Origin: Gammaproteobacteria bacterium
GTDB taxonomy: Bacteria; Pseudomonadota; Gammaproteobacteria; UBA4575
Assembly (NCBI GenBank): GCA_965222615.1
Contig: CBDCUI010000008.1
Location: 160,001-224,000, forward strand
DNA: 64,000 nt
Direction: 5' to 3'
The position numbers and the translations under genes are program-made. A model generated the notes under the pieces. That model made no database searches, had not been told where the DNA came from, and saw only the letters and a program-made list of their open reading frames with translations. Position 1 is the stretch's first letter, and every line of letters begins with the position of its first letter. Shown one piece after another: positions 45,795-55,022 of the stretch.

Positions 45795-45920
45795 CTAGAA
45801 GCCCTGATTTATTCTGAAACTTTGTTAAAAAATATTTCAAAATGCTCATGTATTTACATATACACTCCGCTTTTTCAATATTTTTTGCCTCGTTTCAAAA
45901 TAAATCAAGGCTTCCTTTAG
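45795..45920. repeat. ERIC/RPE-like palindromic element
   Basis: Core GCTCATGTATTTACATATACACTCCGC; termini GAAGCCCTGATTTATT / AATAAATCAAGGCTTC. Confidence 0.85.
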
Positions 45921-45999
45921 AAAATTAAAAATCTCCATTTATGGCCTAGTAACTATTATAAAAATTGTTGTTTATATTGTTAGAAGTGAGGAGTGAAGT

Positions 46000-46341
46000 A
46001 TGGGTATGAATGTAAATGGCAAAGAAGTTGAAACTACCGATTCAGGGTTTCTTGTTAATTTAGAAGATTGGAATAAAGAAGTGGCGCAAGTGATTGCACA
46101 AGAAGAAGATGTTGAGCTTACTGATAAGCACTGGGATGTAATTAATTATCTCAGAGACGAATTTGTAAATAATAACGGCAACCAGCCAAACACCCGTACT
46201 ATGGTTAAGGCGATGGCTAAGGCATGGGGCGATAAGAAATTAAATGCCAAGGTCTTATATGATTTATTTCCTGGTAATCCAAGTAAGCAAGCTGGACGTA
46301 TTGGTGGGCTGCCGGAAAGTCGTCGTAAGGGTGGCTACTAG
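46000..46341 (+). CDS. TusE/DsrC-family protein without C-terminal Cys (RspA-like)
   Basis: GFL....DW..EVA, LTDKHWDVI.YLR, LFPGNPSKQAGRIGGLPESRRKGGY; no Cys. Confidence 0.9.
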   Translation: MGMNVNGKEVETTDSGFLVNLEDWNKEVAQVIAQEEDVELTDKHWDVINYLRDEFVNNNGNQPNTRTMVKAMAKAWGDKKLNAKVLYDLFPGNPSKQAGRIGGLPESRRKGGY

Positions 46342-46483
46342 AACCCATCTCAAAATAAATCTTTTGCATTGATGCTTCGTTCTCGCTTTTCTCAAATGCT
46401 CATTTACTAACGTGTAAACTGTGCTTCTCGAAAAGCTCGGGCCTTGCCTCAAAGCAAAATCTTGAATTTTGAGCTAGGCTCTA
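46339..46483. repeat. ERIC/RPE-like palindromic element
   Basis: Starts at the TAG stop; TAGAACCCATCTCAAAA...TTTTGAGCTAGGCTCTA; core GCTCATTTACTAACGTGTAAACTGTGC. Confidence 0.82.
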
Positions 46484-46676
46484 AATAGATACACTATGAA
46501 CTAACTGGAAGTTTGTAGAGTAAACCCACATCATTTGTCGTTATGCGGAGTAATAGTGACGTAGCAATCCAGTTAAAAAGTATTCAGATTAAGCTTTACT
46601 ATTTATCCATAGTGGAATACAGACAGCACTAACTAAATCATTAAATTGTTAGATAGAAATTAACTGAGGATTCAAT

Positions 46677-46880
46677 ATGAGTTCGAAACAAGAAAAGATT
46701 CAAAAATTGCTCGACATGCAAAAGAAATTCATTGAGTTGGAGCAAAGTGGTGAAATTACCGCAGCAAATTATTGGGCACCTGAAGATGGTTCTAACCTTG
46801 ATGGATTTAAAGAAGAATATATGAAACTCGCTATGGAAGTGGTGGATGATGCGCATGAAGAAGTAGGTTCATCACGTTAG
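46677..46880 (+). CDS. Small hypothetical protein
   Basis: GAGGA RBS; helical acidic 67-aa product; terminator follows. Confidence 0.75.
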   Translation: MSSKQEKIQKLLDMQKKFIELEQSGEITAANYWAPEDGSNLDGFKEEYMKLAMEVVDDAHEEVGSSR

Positions 46881-46906
46881 ATTAAATTTTCTATCATTAA
46901 TTTTTT

Positions 46907-46939
46907 AAAAAAGGCCACCATTTTTTGGTGGCCTTTTTT
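46907..46939. terminator. Bidirectional rho-independent terminator
   Basis: A-run-GGCCACCA-loop-TGGTGGCC-T-run between convergent genes. Confidence 0.85.
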
Positions 46940-46972
46940 ATTGAGCGGAACATATTTAATTAAATATCAATA

Positions 46973-47115
46973 TAATCTATCTCAACATTGTAGATAGCGC
47001 GCTTAGACAAGGCGCAAACTTTTTTCAGAGCGGAGTTTACGAGTAGTAAATGAGCTATCTGAAGAAAGTTTTGCAACGCAGTATCAGCGTGCTAGATGCA
47101 TTTTGAGGTAGATTA
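46973..47115. repeat. ERIC/RPE-like palindromic element (reverse orientation)
   Basis: TAATCTATCTCAA...TTGAGGTAGATTA; core GCGGAGTTTACGAGTAGTAAATGAGC. Confidence 0.82.
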
Positions 47116-47784
47116 TTAAACTTCACTCCACATTCGTACCAAATTCACATAGACATTATCAATGCGCTTGGTGTCTTCTGACTCGGGATCTTTACGCAAC
47201 ATTTTTTCTCTGGTTTTGCTGAGTTGATACAATAAATTACGTTGTTCATTGTTACGAATTAAGCTTTGTACCCAAGTTACTGCAACTAATCTCTCGCCAC
47301 TGCTTACTTTTGTGACACGATGTCGTGTAGTTGCAGGATACAACACGGCATCTCCGGCATTGGCTTTTATCGCTTGTTCTCCAAAAGGAGTTTGAATAAT
47401 CAACTCGCCACCTTGGTATTCATCTGGAGAATTAAGGAATATGGTTAGCGCAAGATCAGAGCGATAACGTTCTCCTTCTCCCATAATAGGGTCATCTATG
47501 TGCTCCCCATACTGCATGCCTGTTTGATAGCGTGCATAAAAAGGTGCTGCAACTCTGTGTGGCAATGCAGCTCGTTGATATTGAGGGTGTCGCACGAGGT
47601 TATGCATTACGATTTGATTGAGCCCAGCAATAATTTGTTCATTATCAAGCTCTTCATTGTTTTTGACATTTCTTGCAATTTTCCCCGCCGATTGTTTTCC
47701 ATCTCCAAATGTTGCATTCTTTAATAAGTTTTGAACCTGCTGCAGTTCTTTTTCACCCAGAATATGTTCAATCAGGACTAACAT
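47116..47784 (-). CDS. PKHD-type (PiuC/YbiX-like) Fe(II)/2OG hydroxylase
   Basis: DGK.SAG..A..VKNN, YGEHIDD, RSDL..TIFL..P..Y.GGEL, HRV..V..GER motifs. Confidence 0.9.
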   Translation of the reverse strand: MLVLIEHILGEKELQQVQNLLKNATFGDGKQSAGKIARNVKNNEELDNEQIIAGLNQIVMHNLVRHPQYQRAALPHRVAAPFYARYQTGMQYGEHIDDPIMGEGERYRSDLALTIFLNSPDEYQGGELIIQTPFGEQAIKANAGDAVLYPATTRHRVTKVSSGERLVAVTWVQSLIRNNEQRNLLYQLSKTREKMLRKDPESEDTKRIDNVYVNLVRMWSEV

Positions 47785-47842
47785 TTTTTGTATTTTGCTA
47801 ACAGGCTATACTTAGTAAAGTTTTTCAAATACATATAAGGCA

Positions 47843-48166
47843 ATGATACTTAAAGTTACGATTGATGAAAAAACATTTCCACTACAAGTCGATGATGAAA
47901 TGATACATCGTGGTAGTGATGTATTTAAAAAAATGGATGATGACATGAATCAAGGATGGCAAATGAGTAGAGTTTGGGTAGATAGGCCAAACGATTTGCA
48001 GCGTTGTCAAATTGCCGCAGATAAAATGTTAACGGCTATACAACGAGAAAAAACGGCAACAGTTGGCCTGATGGCTGCATACATCATGTATAAAATACCT
48101 AAAGTTGAAGCGATTGATATCGATACTTCGGGAGATATGACCCTGACTGAAATTGTGACCAATTAA
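47843..48166 (+). CDS. Hypothetical protein
   Basis: 107-aa ORF with KMD.DM..GWQMSR.WV..P...QRCQIAADK motif; no function assignable. Confidence 0.75.
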   Translation: MILKVTIDEKTFPLQVDDEMIHRGSDVFKKMDDDMNQGWQMSRVWVDRPNDLQRCQIAADKMLTAIQREKTATVGLMAAYIMYKIPKVEAIDIDTSGDMTLTEIVTN

Positions 48167-48367
48167 AAAGTCGTTGGTATTGTTTCTGAGCGGAAATCCT
48201 GCAAAACCAATATTATATAGATTTTTAATCAACACTTTTTCTAGTGTTGTAACCTATGTACTGGCTCGCATTTTATTGCATAATCAGCAATACTAAATTA
48301 CCACAACATGATTTTAATTCTTCCGACAATCTCTAAGTGTCGGAATACCTGTAAGCGGGAGGTATTT

Positions 48368-50296
48368 ATGGCGGAGGAGAAACTCACGTTTCGACGCTAC
48401 AAGGATGGTGATCATATAACGACGCAGTGGAATAGGGATGTTGTTCAAAACGGGCTGTCTGAGATTTGCCCGGCTTATATTCATCGTACCCCTCCATGTC
48501 AGGCGAGTTGTCCTTCCGGTCACGACATCCGTGGTTGGCTCTCTATTGTCCGCGGTATTGATAAGCCCGTTGGTGATACTGCTTGGCAGGAATATGCATT
48601 TCGACGCATGACCATGTCCAATCCGTTTCCATCGGTAATGGGGCGAGTGTGTCCGGCACCTTGTGAAGATGGTTGTAATCGCAATGAAGTAGAAGAAGCG
48701 GTAGGTATTAATTCAGTAGAGCAACATGTAGGGGATTGGGCTTTACAACATGATCTTACTTTCGCTACACCAGAGGCTGATAGCGGTAAAAAAGTTGCCA
48801 TTGTTGGTGGTGGTTGCGCAGGTTTAACGGCAGCTTATTTTCTACGTCAAAAAGGCCATGCCTGTACAATTTTTGATGAGTACGACCAACTCGGTGGCAT
48901 GATGGTGTTTGGTATTCCAGGTTATCGTACCCCGCGCTCAGTGCTTGAAGGTGAGATTAAGCGGATTATCGATATGGGTGTGGAAGTTAAACTCAATACC
49001 CGCGTTGGTACTGACGTTTCCGTGCAAGAGTTAGAGCGGGATTACGATGCAATATTTTGGGGAATTGGTGCGGTTGCGGGTAAGGCCCTGCCTATTCCAG
49101 GTAGCGACGCCGCAAATGTTGTCGATGGCATGTCTTTTTTACGTGCCTTTAATGAAGGACGCCTGCAATTTATCAGTGGACGAATTTTAGTAATTGGTGC
49201 GGGTGACACCGCGATGGACGTGCTGGCTGTGGCACGACGTATTGGCAATATTCATCATGTTACAGAAAAAGATCGTCCGGAAAATGTAATTCTGGGCTAT
49301 ACCGTACACGACGTTGCCGAGGCAGCGCGGCGCAAAGGTGCTGATGTGTGGGTAGTGTATCGACGTCCCATCTCTCAGGCGCCAGCAACCAAGCATGAAT
49401 TGGAAGCGGTAATCCGTGAAGGTGTGGAGATCCACGATGGATTATCTCCTGTAGAAGTAATTAAAGATGAAGAGGGCAAAGCCAAGGCATTAAAGGTGGT
49501 GCCTGTTGATATGGTTGATGGCGAATTGAAAACCAGAGATGGTGAGGAATTTGAAATCGAATGTAGTCTAATTGTCGGCGCAACGGGCCAAACCGGTGAT
49601 TATCGGGGTATTGAAGAATTCGACAATGGGCGTGGCCTAATGGATGCGGATAAAGTCTACAGAGTGGTCGGCAAGCCCGGACATTTTGTCGCAGGCGATG
49701 CAATTAATCCGCATTTATTAACCACGGCAATTGGTCAAGCTTCGATCGCAGCAGAAGGGTTGCATCATTACTTAATGGGAGATGAAATACCGGCTCGTCC
49801 CAAGATTGATTCTCATCATTTTAAATTATTAGATGAATTGCGTGAACGTGAATTAGCACCCACGCAATTTGAACCACAAGAAGTGTGGGGCACCGATTCT
49901 TCAGATTTTGCCGTACATAATTACGAAGATCGTTCCGCTACAGAAATCGCGACTCACGACCAATTACATCTGGCTTACTTTGAAGAAGTTCCCATGAATC
50001 GGCGGGATGAAGCCAATATCACTGCTGATGAAGTGCTAAATAATTTTCAGGAAAGATTTTCCGCACTAGAAGAACAAAAAGCGATTGATGAAGCCGAACG
50101 TTGTATGAGTTGTGGAATGTGTTTCGAGTGCGATAACTGTGTGGTGTATTGCCCTGAAGATGCGATATTTAGAGTCAAAAAAGAGCAGCGTGCAATGGGA
50201 CGCTATGTGGATACCGATTATGATAAATGCGTAGGTTGTCATATTTGCTCAGAAGTCTGTCCGAGCGGCTACATCAAGATGGGATTATCGTATTAA
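48368..50296 (+). CDS. dsrL: Second DsrL paralog with YRR motif
   Basis: Colinear with the operon DsrL (HRTPPCQ.SCPSG, NPFPS.MGRVCPAPC, CMSCGMCFECDNCVVYCP, GRYVDTDY.KC); VVYRRP; likely ATG at 48368 after GGGAGG. Confidence 0.85.
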   Translation: MAEEKLTFRRYKDGDHITTQWNRDVVQNGLSEICPAYIHRTPPCQASCPSGHDIRGWLSIVRGIDKPVGDTAWQEYAFRRMTMSNPFPSVMGRVCPAPCEDGCNRNEVEEAVGINSVEQHVGDWALQHDLTFATPEADSGKKVAIVGGGCAGLTAAYFLRQKGHACTIFDEYDQLGGMMVFGIPGYRTPRSVLEGEIKRIIDMGVEVKLNTRVGTDVSVQELERDYDAIFWGIGAVAGKALPIPGSDAANVVDGMSFLRAFNEGRLQFISGRILVIGAGDTAMDVLAVARRIGNIHHVTEKDRPENVILGYTVHDVAEAARRKGADVWVVYRRPISQAPATKHELEAVIREGVEIHDGLSPVEVIKDEEGKAKALKVVPVDMVDGELKTRDGEEFEIECSLIVGATGQTGDYRGIEEFDNGRGLMDADKVYRVVGKPGHFVAGDAINPHLLTTAIGQASIAAEGLHHYLMGDEIPARPKIDSHHFKLLDELRERELAPTQFEPQEVWGTDSSDFAVHNYEDRSATEIATHDQLHLAYFEEVPMNRRDEANITADEVLNNFQERFSALEEQKAIDEAERCMSCGMCFECDNCVVYCPEDAIFRVKKEQRAMGRYVDTDYDKCVGCHICSEVCPSGYIKMGLSY

Positions 50297-50347
50297 AAAA
50301 CACGATCAAAAAATAACAACTCCGTAGTTAAACTTTTCGCTTAACGT

Positions 50348-50686
50348 TTAAACTGCGCTGCCAAACCCTTTATCAACTGCCCCGGCAGGTGCATGCAGTC
50401 CTGCTATTCTACATCCTTGTGCGACTGGCCCACCTGGAAACAAGTCATATAAATATTTCATGCCACCTTTATGATGAAATTTTTCTTCTAATGCATCGTG
50501 AAGTTCGCGCATATTTATTTGGTTGATTTCGTGGCGTGAATAAAATTCTTGCAAGGCGTGAACTACACTAAAGTGGTCCTCGGTTAGAGTTAACCCTTCT
50601 TCGGTGGCTGCTTTGATTGTATCTTCTTCTGTCCAATCTTCAGATATAAACGCACGCGCATAATCATTTTTTATAGATGTGGTCAT
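50348..50686 (-). CDS. TusE/DsrC-family protein with only the upstream Cys
   Basis: EGL.LTEDH..VV..L and YLY.LFPGGPVAQGCRIAGL..PAG..D.GFGS motifs. Confidence 0.88.
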   Translation of the reverse strand: MTTSIKNDYARAFISEDWTEEDTIKAATEEGLTLTEDHFSVVHALQEFYSRHEINQINMRELHDALEEKFHHKGGMKYLYDLFPGGPVAQGCRIAGLHAPAGAVDKGFGSAV

Positions 50687-50913
50687 AAACTTATCCCTCT
50701 ATGCAAAACAATAAAAAATTATTATTGAACTATTATGTTAGCTAGAATGAATTATACAGTATCTACATAGCTAACGAGAAAATGGGCGGAGTTAATTAGC
50801 AATAAAATCCAGGAGAGTTAAAAGCCTGGATGTAGCGATTATTCATCCAATTAATGTTTATATAGCTGAAAAGTTTATTTTATAGTCAAAAACTTGTATG
50901 GAATCATGGTCAT

Positions 50914-51372
50914 TTAGCGCAAGAATTTTTCCATTCTTTGGTGCTTGAGTGCGAGCAACTCACTTTTACTGTCACCCTCTATTTTGTAACCATTATGAAT
51001 ATACAATGGTATTGCAACTTCGCGCGCATATAGCCAGCAAACTTGCACGTCATTAGAATGTGCAATTTGCTCAAGTTCTCTAAGAATAGAACTACTGATC
51101 CCTTGCCGTTGATAATCATCATGCACTGCCATATATCGAATGCGTGCTGACTTATCGGGCTCGATATGAATTCTGCCCACACCAATCACATTTTGATCAT
51201 GATAAGCAGCAATATGAAAAGCGCTTTTTTCCAATTCGTCTTGTTCGCTACCGCGTGGGAGTCCGAGTGGTTTTCGCAGCATTTCCCATCGAAACAAAAA
51301 ATAGTCTTTAAATTCCTGAGTAGTTGTTGGAGATTTGTAGACAATCAAAATAATGAGGTTAGGCAAACACAA
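50914..51372 (-). CDS. GNAT N-acetyltransferase (YiiD-like)
   Basis: RWEMLRKPLG, RIRYMAV...YQRQGI and ARE.A..LY...GY motifs. Confidence 0.85.
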   Translation of the reverse strand: MCLPNLIILIVYKSPTTTQEFKDYFLFRWEMLRKPLGLPRGSEQDELEKSAFHIAAYHDQNVIGVGRIHIEPDKSARIRYMAVHDDYQRQGISSSILRELEQIAHSNDVQVCWLYAREVAIPLYIHNGYKIEGDSKSELLALKHQRMEKFLR

Positions 51373-51988
51373 CCCAGGTAGTTGCGATGTACTTAAGTCC
51401 TTTTTTTAACGTAACGCCACGATGTTCATGAGTCCAAAATGGCGGGAACAATAACAATTTACCAATTTCAGGTTTAATTTTTACATTTTGAAATAAAAAT
51501 TCAGTTTCACCACCAGGACCTGCTACATTATTTAAATACCATATGGCGACAAGTTGGCGATGACTGAAATCGTGGCTGCCTCCATCAATATGCCAGTGAT
51601 AATATTCACCTGCACTCGTTTTTTGAATGCCATAACCCATGTCTTTGAATGGGCCTTTAAAAAAAGGATAGGTTTCACGAAATTCTTGAATGGCAGATCC
51701 TAGTGCACGAAACAGTGTCCGATCTATATCTTGCCAGTGTTTTTTCCCGCTTATTACAAGGTCTGTGGATTTCTTAATGCTAATGTCTTTATCAGCGAGC
51801 TGCCCTATTCGTCCCTCGTATTGTTCATCTTTAGCATTCTCAAATCGTTGAACTACATCTGTACAAAATTGTTCAGAAAGTGAATGGGGTTGCTCAAAAA
51901 TAAAACTATTGGGTTTTACTTCACTTATTGTTTGTGATGATGTTGTAGCTCGTACGTTGCACGAGGCTGTTTCTTGATTATGAGGCAT
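51359..51988 (-). CDS. 2OG-Fe(II) oxygenase (prolyl-hydroxylase-like)
   Basis: YHWHID, WYLN...GGETEF, FPPFWTHEHRG and KYIATTW motifs. Confidence 0.88.
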   Translation of the reverse strand: MPHNQETASCNVRATTSSQTISEVKPNSFIFEQPHSLSEQFCTDVVQRFENAKDEQYEGRIGQLADKDISIKKSTDLVISGKKHWQDIDRTLFRALGSAIQEFRETYPFFKGPFKDMGYGIQKTSAGEYYHWHIDGGSHDFSHRQLVAIWYLNNVAGPGGETEFLFQNVKIKPEIGKLLLFPPFWTHEHRGVTLKKGLKYIATTWVVFA

Positions 51989-51991
51989 TGT

Positions 51992-53035
51992 TTATAGTGT
52001 ATTTTGCTCTACTAAGCCTTCTAACTTAGGTATACAAACATCTTTTTCTTTTTCATAATAATCGAGCATTGTATAAGCTAAGTTAGACCAGTGTTTAACA
52101 CCCCTGGCAACTATTTTCTTTAAGGGTTTTAAGTCATTTGTATCTACCCAAGTTTGATATGCTTGTAGAAAGCTTGGGAAAAGTTCTTTGCGCATAGCAA
52201 CAAAATTTGCTGCATAAAAATGTAGAGATGCGGGGTTATAATTTTCTATTAAACCTGGCAAAGTAGATAAACAATCTGCAAGTAAATCTTTGACTGCCCT
52301 TGCCATTATTTCTGTACGTGACCTAGGCAGGCTTATTATCATTTTGCGCCAGCTTTCACTTAATTGTTGGGTTGCAATAAATTCACCAATTTCATGTAAA
52401 GCTACGGCTTCTAGTTCATTGTCGGTCATATCATCAAGTGCGATTTCTACATTATGGTCAAAATCGTAAAATGCTAGTGCTCTAGCCATGGCATTGTCAT
52501 GTTTATGCCATTGCCATTCTTGAAATTTTTCCCACAAATATCGACGTAATGATTCGCGGCGAATAAAAACGTTTTTTCCTAATGTCATCGCGGGAGGTGC
52601 AGTTAAATCACGCGCGCATTCATCCGCTGATACGTACATAGTGAAATCGTTGTAGACTTCTTTTGTTTCTAATTTGCCTAAGAAAAAATGCGGGGCCGAT
52701 CGCAAGCCAATACCGCCGCTATATACATAGCCCTTAGGGGCCAAGGCATTATTAATGTTATCGGTATCAAAAGGATCGAATTTCTTCCCATCGATTAATA
52801 GTGGTATAAAGCTCTCTTTCTCTAATTCTTCCCATAAACTTTCTCGCTCTTGTACCCAGCTGCCAATAGCCTCGTTAGGTAACGTATCATCGTAGGTATA
52901 ACCATTTTCCCAACGAAAGTATTCACGCATTTTTAGTAGATAGACACATAGTGTGTAATTTGCAGCATAACGTGCATCACAAATATCGCAATTTTTCTGC
53001 ACTGTTTCACATAGTATATGATCTGATTTATCCAT
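51992..53035 (-). CDS. Sfum_1244-like conserved protein
   Basis: VQ.NCDI.DA, LC.YLLKMREYFRWE, E.ARDL.APPA and LHEIGE motifs; family name from recall. Confidence 0.7.
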   Translation of the reverse strand: MDKSDHILCETVQKNCDICDARYAANYTLCVYLLKMREYFRWENGYTYDDTLPNEAIGSWVQERESLWEELEKESFIPLLIDGKKFDPFDTDNINNALAPKGYVYSGGIGLRSAPHFFLGKLETKEVYNDFTMYVSADECARDLTAPPAMTLGKNVFIRRESLRRYLWEKFQEWQWHKHDNAMARALAFYDFDHNVEIALDDMTDNELEAVALHEIGEFIATQQLSESWRKMIISLPRSRTEIMARAVKDLLADCLSTLPGLIENYNPASLHFYAANFVAMRKELFPSFLQAYQTWVDTNDLKPLKKIVARGVKHWSNLAYTMLDYYEKEKDVCIPKLEGLVEQNTL

Positions 53036-53162
53036 GGGCTTATTATACGCTGTATATGATACGATCTAAAAAGTAATCAAATTAACATTACAAATTGCAT
53101 GCCAAAAGACATTATTGATGAAACGAAACACACCTCCTATTTTGTAGGATAGTTTTTAAACC

Positions 53163-53777
53163 ATGGCTAGATTAAAAACCAAATGGAATTTAAAAGATCG
53201 TAAGCGTACACCTGAGGAAATTGCTAGTGTAATTGGCTTTAATCTTTGGATCTTAGCAGGCGAGTCATGCCTATTCCTTGAAAATGAAGGGTTTGAAACT
53301 CAAACACAATCTCAGCGCTTGGATGTCATAGCAGAATTTATTGCCTTTGGCACGCATATTGCGGATCGTATGGTATTTGATGAGATGACGGTTGCTGAGC
53401 GAGAGCTATTTATAAATGCGCTAGGCCATAATCTTGCTAATACAATGCAAACTAATTGCGAGGAGCTCTATGGCAAGGGGGATTATCATAAAGATTTTAT
53501 TAATTTGTTAAATATAAGGATGAATGAATACTCCGAATTTAGTTACAGTGAGAAAGATGGCCCTAGTTTTTCAATGCGGAGTATAGTCGGCAACCATGTA
53601 CAAGCTGTGATGGGAGAAAAAGATAATAAATGGATTCCTGATTATGTAATTGATTCCGAGATTCCTAAATTATTACTTGGACTTAAAAGAGTCTTTGCCG
53701 GGCAGCATCCATCTTTAAACGAAACTGAATTTGCACCACCACCTATACCGAAATCAGGGGTATGGGGAGAAGAATAA
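53163..53777 (+). CDS. Conserved hypothetical protein
   Basis: 204-aa ORF; EF.AF..HI.DR and DNKWIPD.VID.E.P motifs. Confidence 0.75.
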   Translation: MARLKTKWNLKDRKRTPEEIASVIGFNLWILAGESCLFLENEGFETQTQSQRLDVIAEFIAFGTHIADRMVFDEMTVAERELFINALGHNLANTMQTNCEELYGKGDYHKDFINLLNIRMNEYSEFSYSEKDGPSFSMRSIVGNHVQAVMGEKDNKWIPDYVIDSEIPKLLLGLKRVFAGQHPSLNETEFAPPPIPKSGVWGEE

Positions 53778-54014
53778 AAATTGCATCATGGATGATGCAA
53801 GCAGATTAAAGATAAACTATTTGAAATTAGATTTGTTACTAAAATGATACGTGTCTAATTTAAGAAAAAACTTAAACTAAATAATTTATTAATGATTGTA
53901 TTTCATTAATAAGGGAATGGTGGTGCGAAAGTAAATTGCGAAATGAATCACGAGCGGGTACAAGTAAACTACAAAAATAAAACACGTCATATGAGACGTG
54001 TATAAATCCTAATA

Positions 54015-54998
54015 GTGCAAAAAAAATCAGTAATCTTGTTTATTGGGCTTGTTGTAAGTGCACTGGCTTTGTTTCTTGCGGTTCGTGGAGTGGACGGGCG
54101 TGAGTTATTAGAAGCGTTCTCAAAGGTAAAGTTGCTTTATGCAATCCCGCTAGTGTTATTTCTATTTTTGTTTTACTACCTGAAGTTACTGCGATGGCAG
54201 TTGCTATTAAGCGCGGCATCGACAAAACCAAGTAGAGGTGATTTGGCGGGTCCAATGGTGATTGGATTTGCAGCAAATAACCTTTTGCCATTTCGCATTG
54301 GTGAATTGATTCGTTTACTACTAGCTGCTAAAGAGACTCAAATCAGTAAGACTACAGTTTTAGGCTCACTAATAATAGAACGGTTTTTTGATATTAGTGC
54401 AATTTTACTACTTGGTGCACTTGCGTTAACGCAAATAGGAAAAAGTAGTGATTCGCTTCCATTTCAAGCCTATTTCACTCACGTCGCTTTGGCTTGTATG
54501 ATGGCAATTCTGCTGATTTCAATATTTTCACACAAAATAGTCTCTTTTCTTACTTATGTATTAAGGATACTGCCCGTTCGTTGGCATAGTTATCTGGTAG
54601 CACGAGTTCAAGCGTTTGAAAAAGCATTCACTCCAATTAGATCACCACTGCAAGCACTAATTTTGATTTTAAATTCTATTCTGCAATGGGCCTTGCTGGG
54701 TGCCGGTATCTGGGTCGCATGCATTGCAGCAGGTTGCGAAATCCCTGTTCTAGGAGCTTTGTATGTTTTGGTGCTTACTGTTATAGGGATTAGCATTCCA
54801 AGCACGCCTGGCTTTATAGGCGTTATCGAATATTGTTTTGTGTTGGGCCTTTCAGCATTTGGAATTGAAAAGGAGCAGGCACTTGCTGCTGCTGTGTTTT
54901 ATCATGTCATTACTTGGGTTGGGATAACGAGTGTAGGTACATTCTTCGTTCATCGCTACGCCCTTTCATGGAAAAGTATCGCGAATACTGAGAGTTAA
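54015..54998 (+). CDS. Lysylphosphatidylglycerol synthase TM-domain (UPF0104 flippase-like) protein
   Basis: RWQLLL, N.LLPFRIGE..R, IERFFD and P.TPG.IG..E motifs. Confidence 0.85.
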   Translation: MQKKSVILFIGLVVSALALFLAVRGVDGRELLEAFSKVKLLYAIPLVLFLFLFYYLKLLRWQLLLSAASTKPSRGDLAGPMVIGFAANNLLPFRIGELIRLLLAAKETQISKTTVLGSLIIERFFDISAILLLGALALTQIGKSSDSLPFQAYFTHVALACMMAILLISIFSHKIVSFLTYVLRILPVRWHSYLVARVQAFEKAFTPIRSPLQALILILNSILQWALLGAGIWVACIAAGCEIPVLGALYVLVLTVIGISIPSTPGFIGVIEYCFVLGLSAFGIEKEQALAAAVFYHVITWVGITSVGTFFVHRYALSWKSIANTES

Positions 54999-55022
54999 AT
55001 TGAGCTAATAATAACTCAGACC

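Noticed and set aside
48262-48280. Sigma-54 promoter upstream of the second dsrL (TGGC...TTGCA)
   Set aside because: The GG-to-GC spacing is 13 nt, not the required 10.
53085-53105. Minus-strand sigma-54 promoter TTGGCATGCAATTTGTA before the Sfum_1244-like gene
   Set aside because: The -12 element is GT rather than GC; too weak to call.
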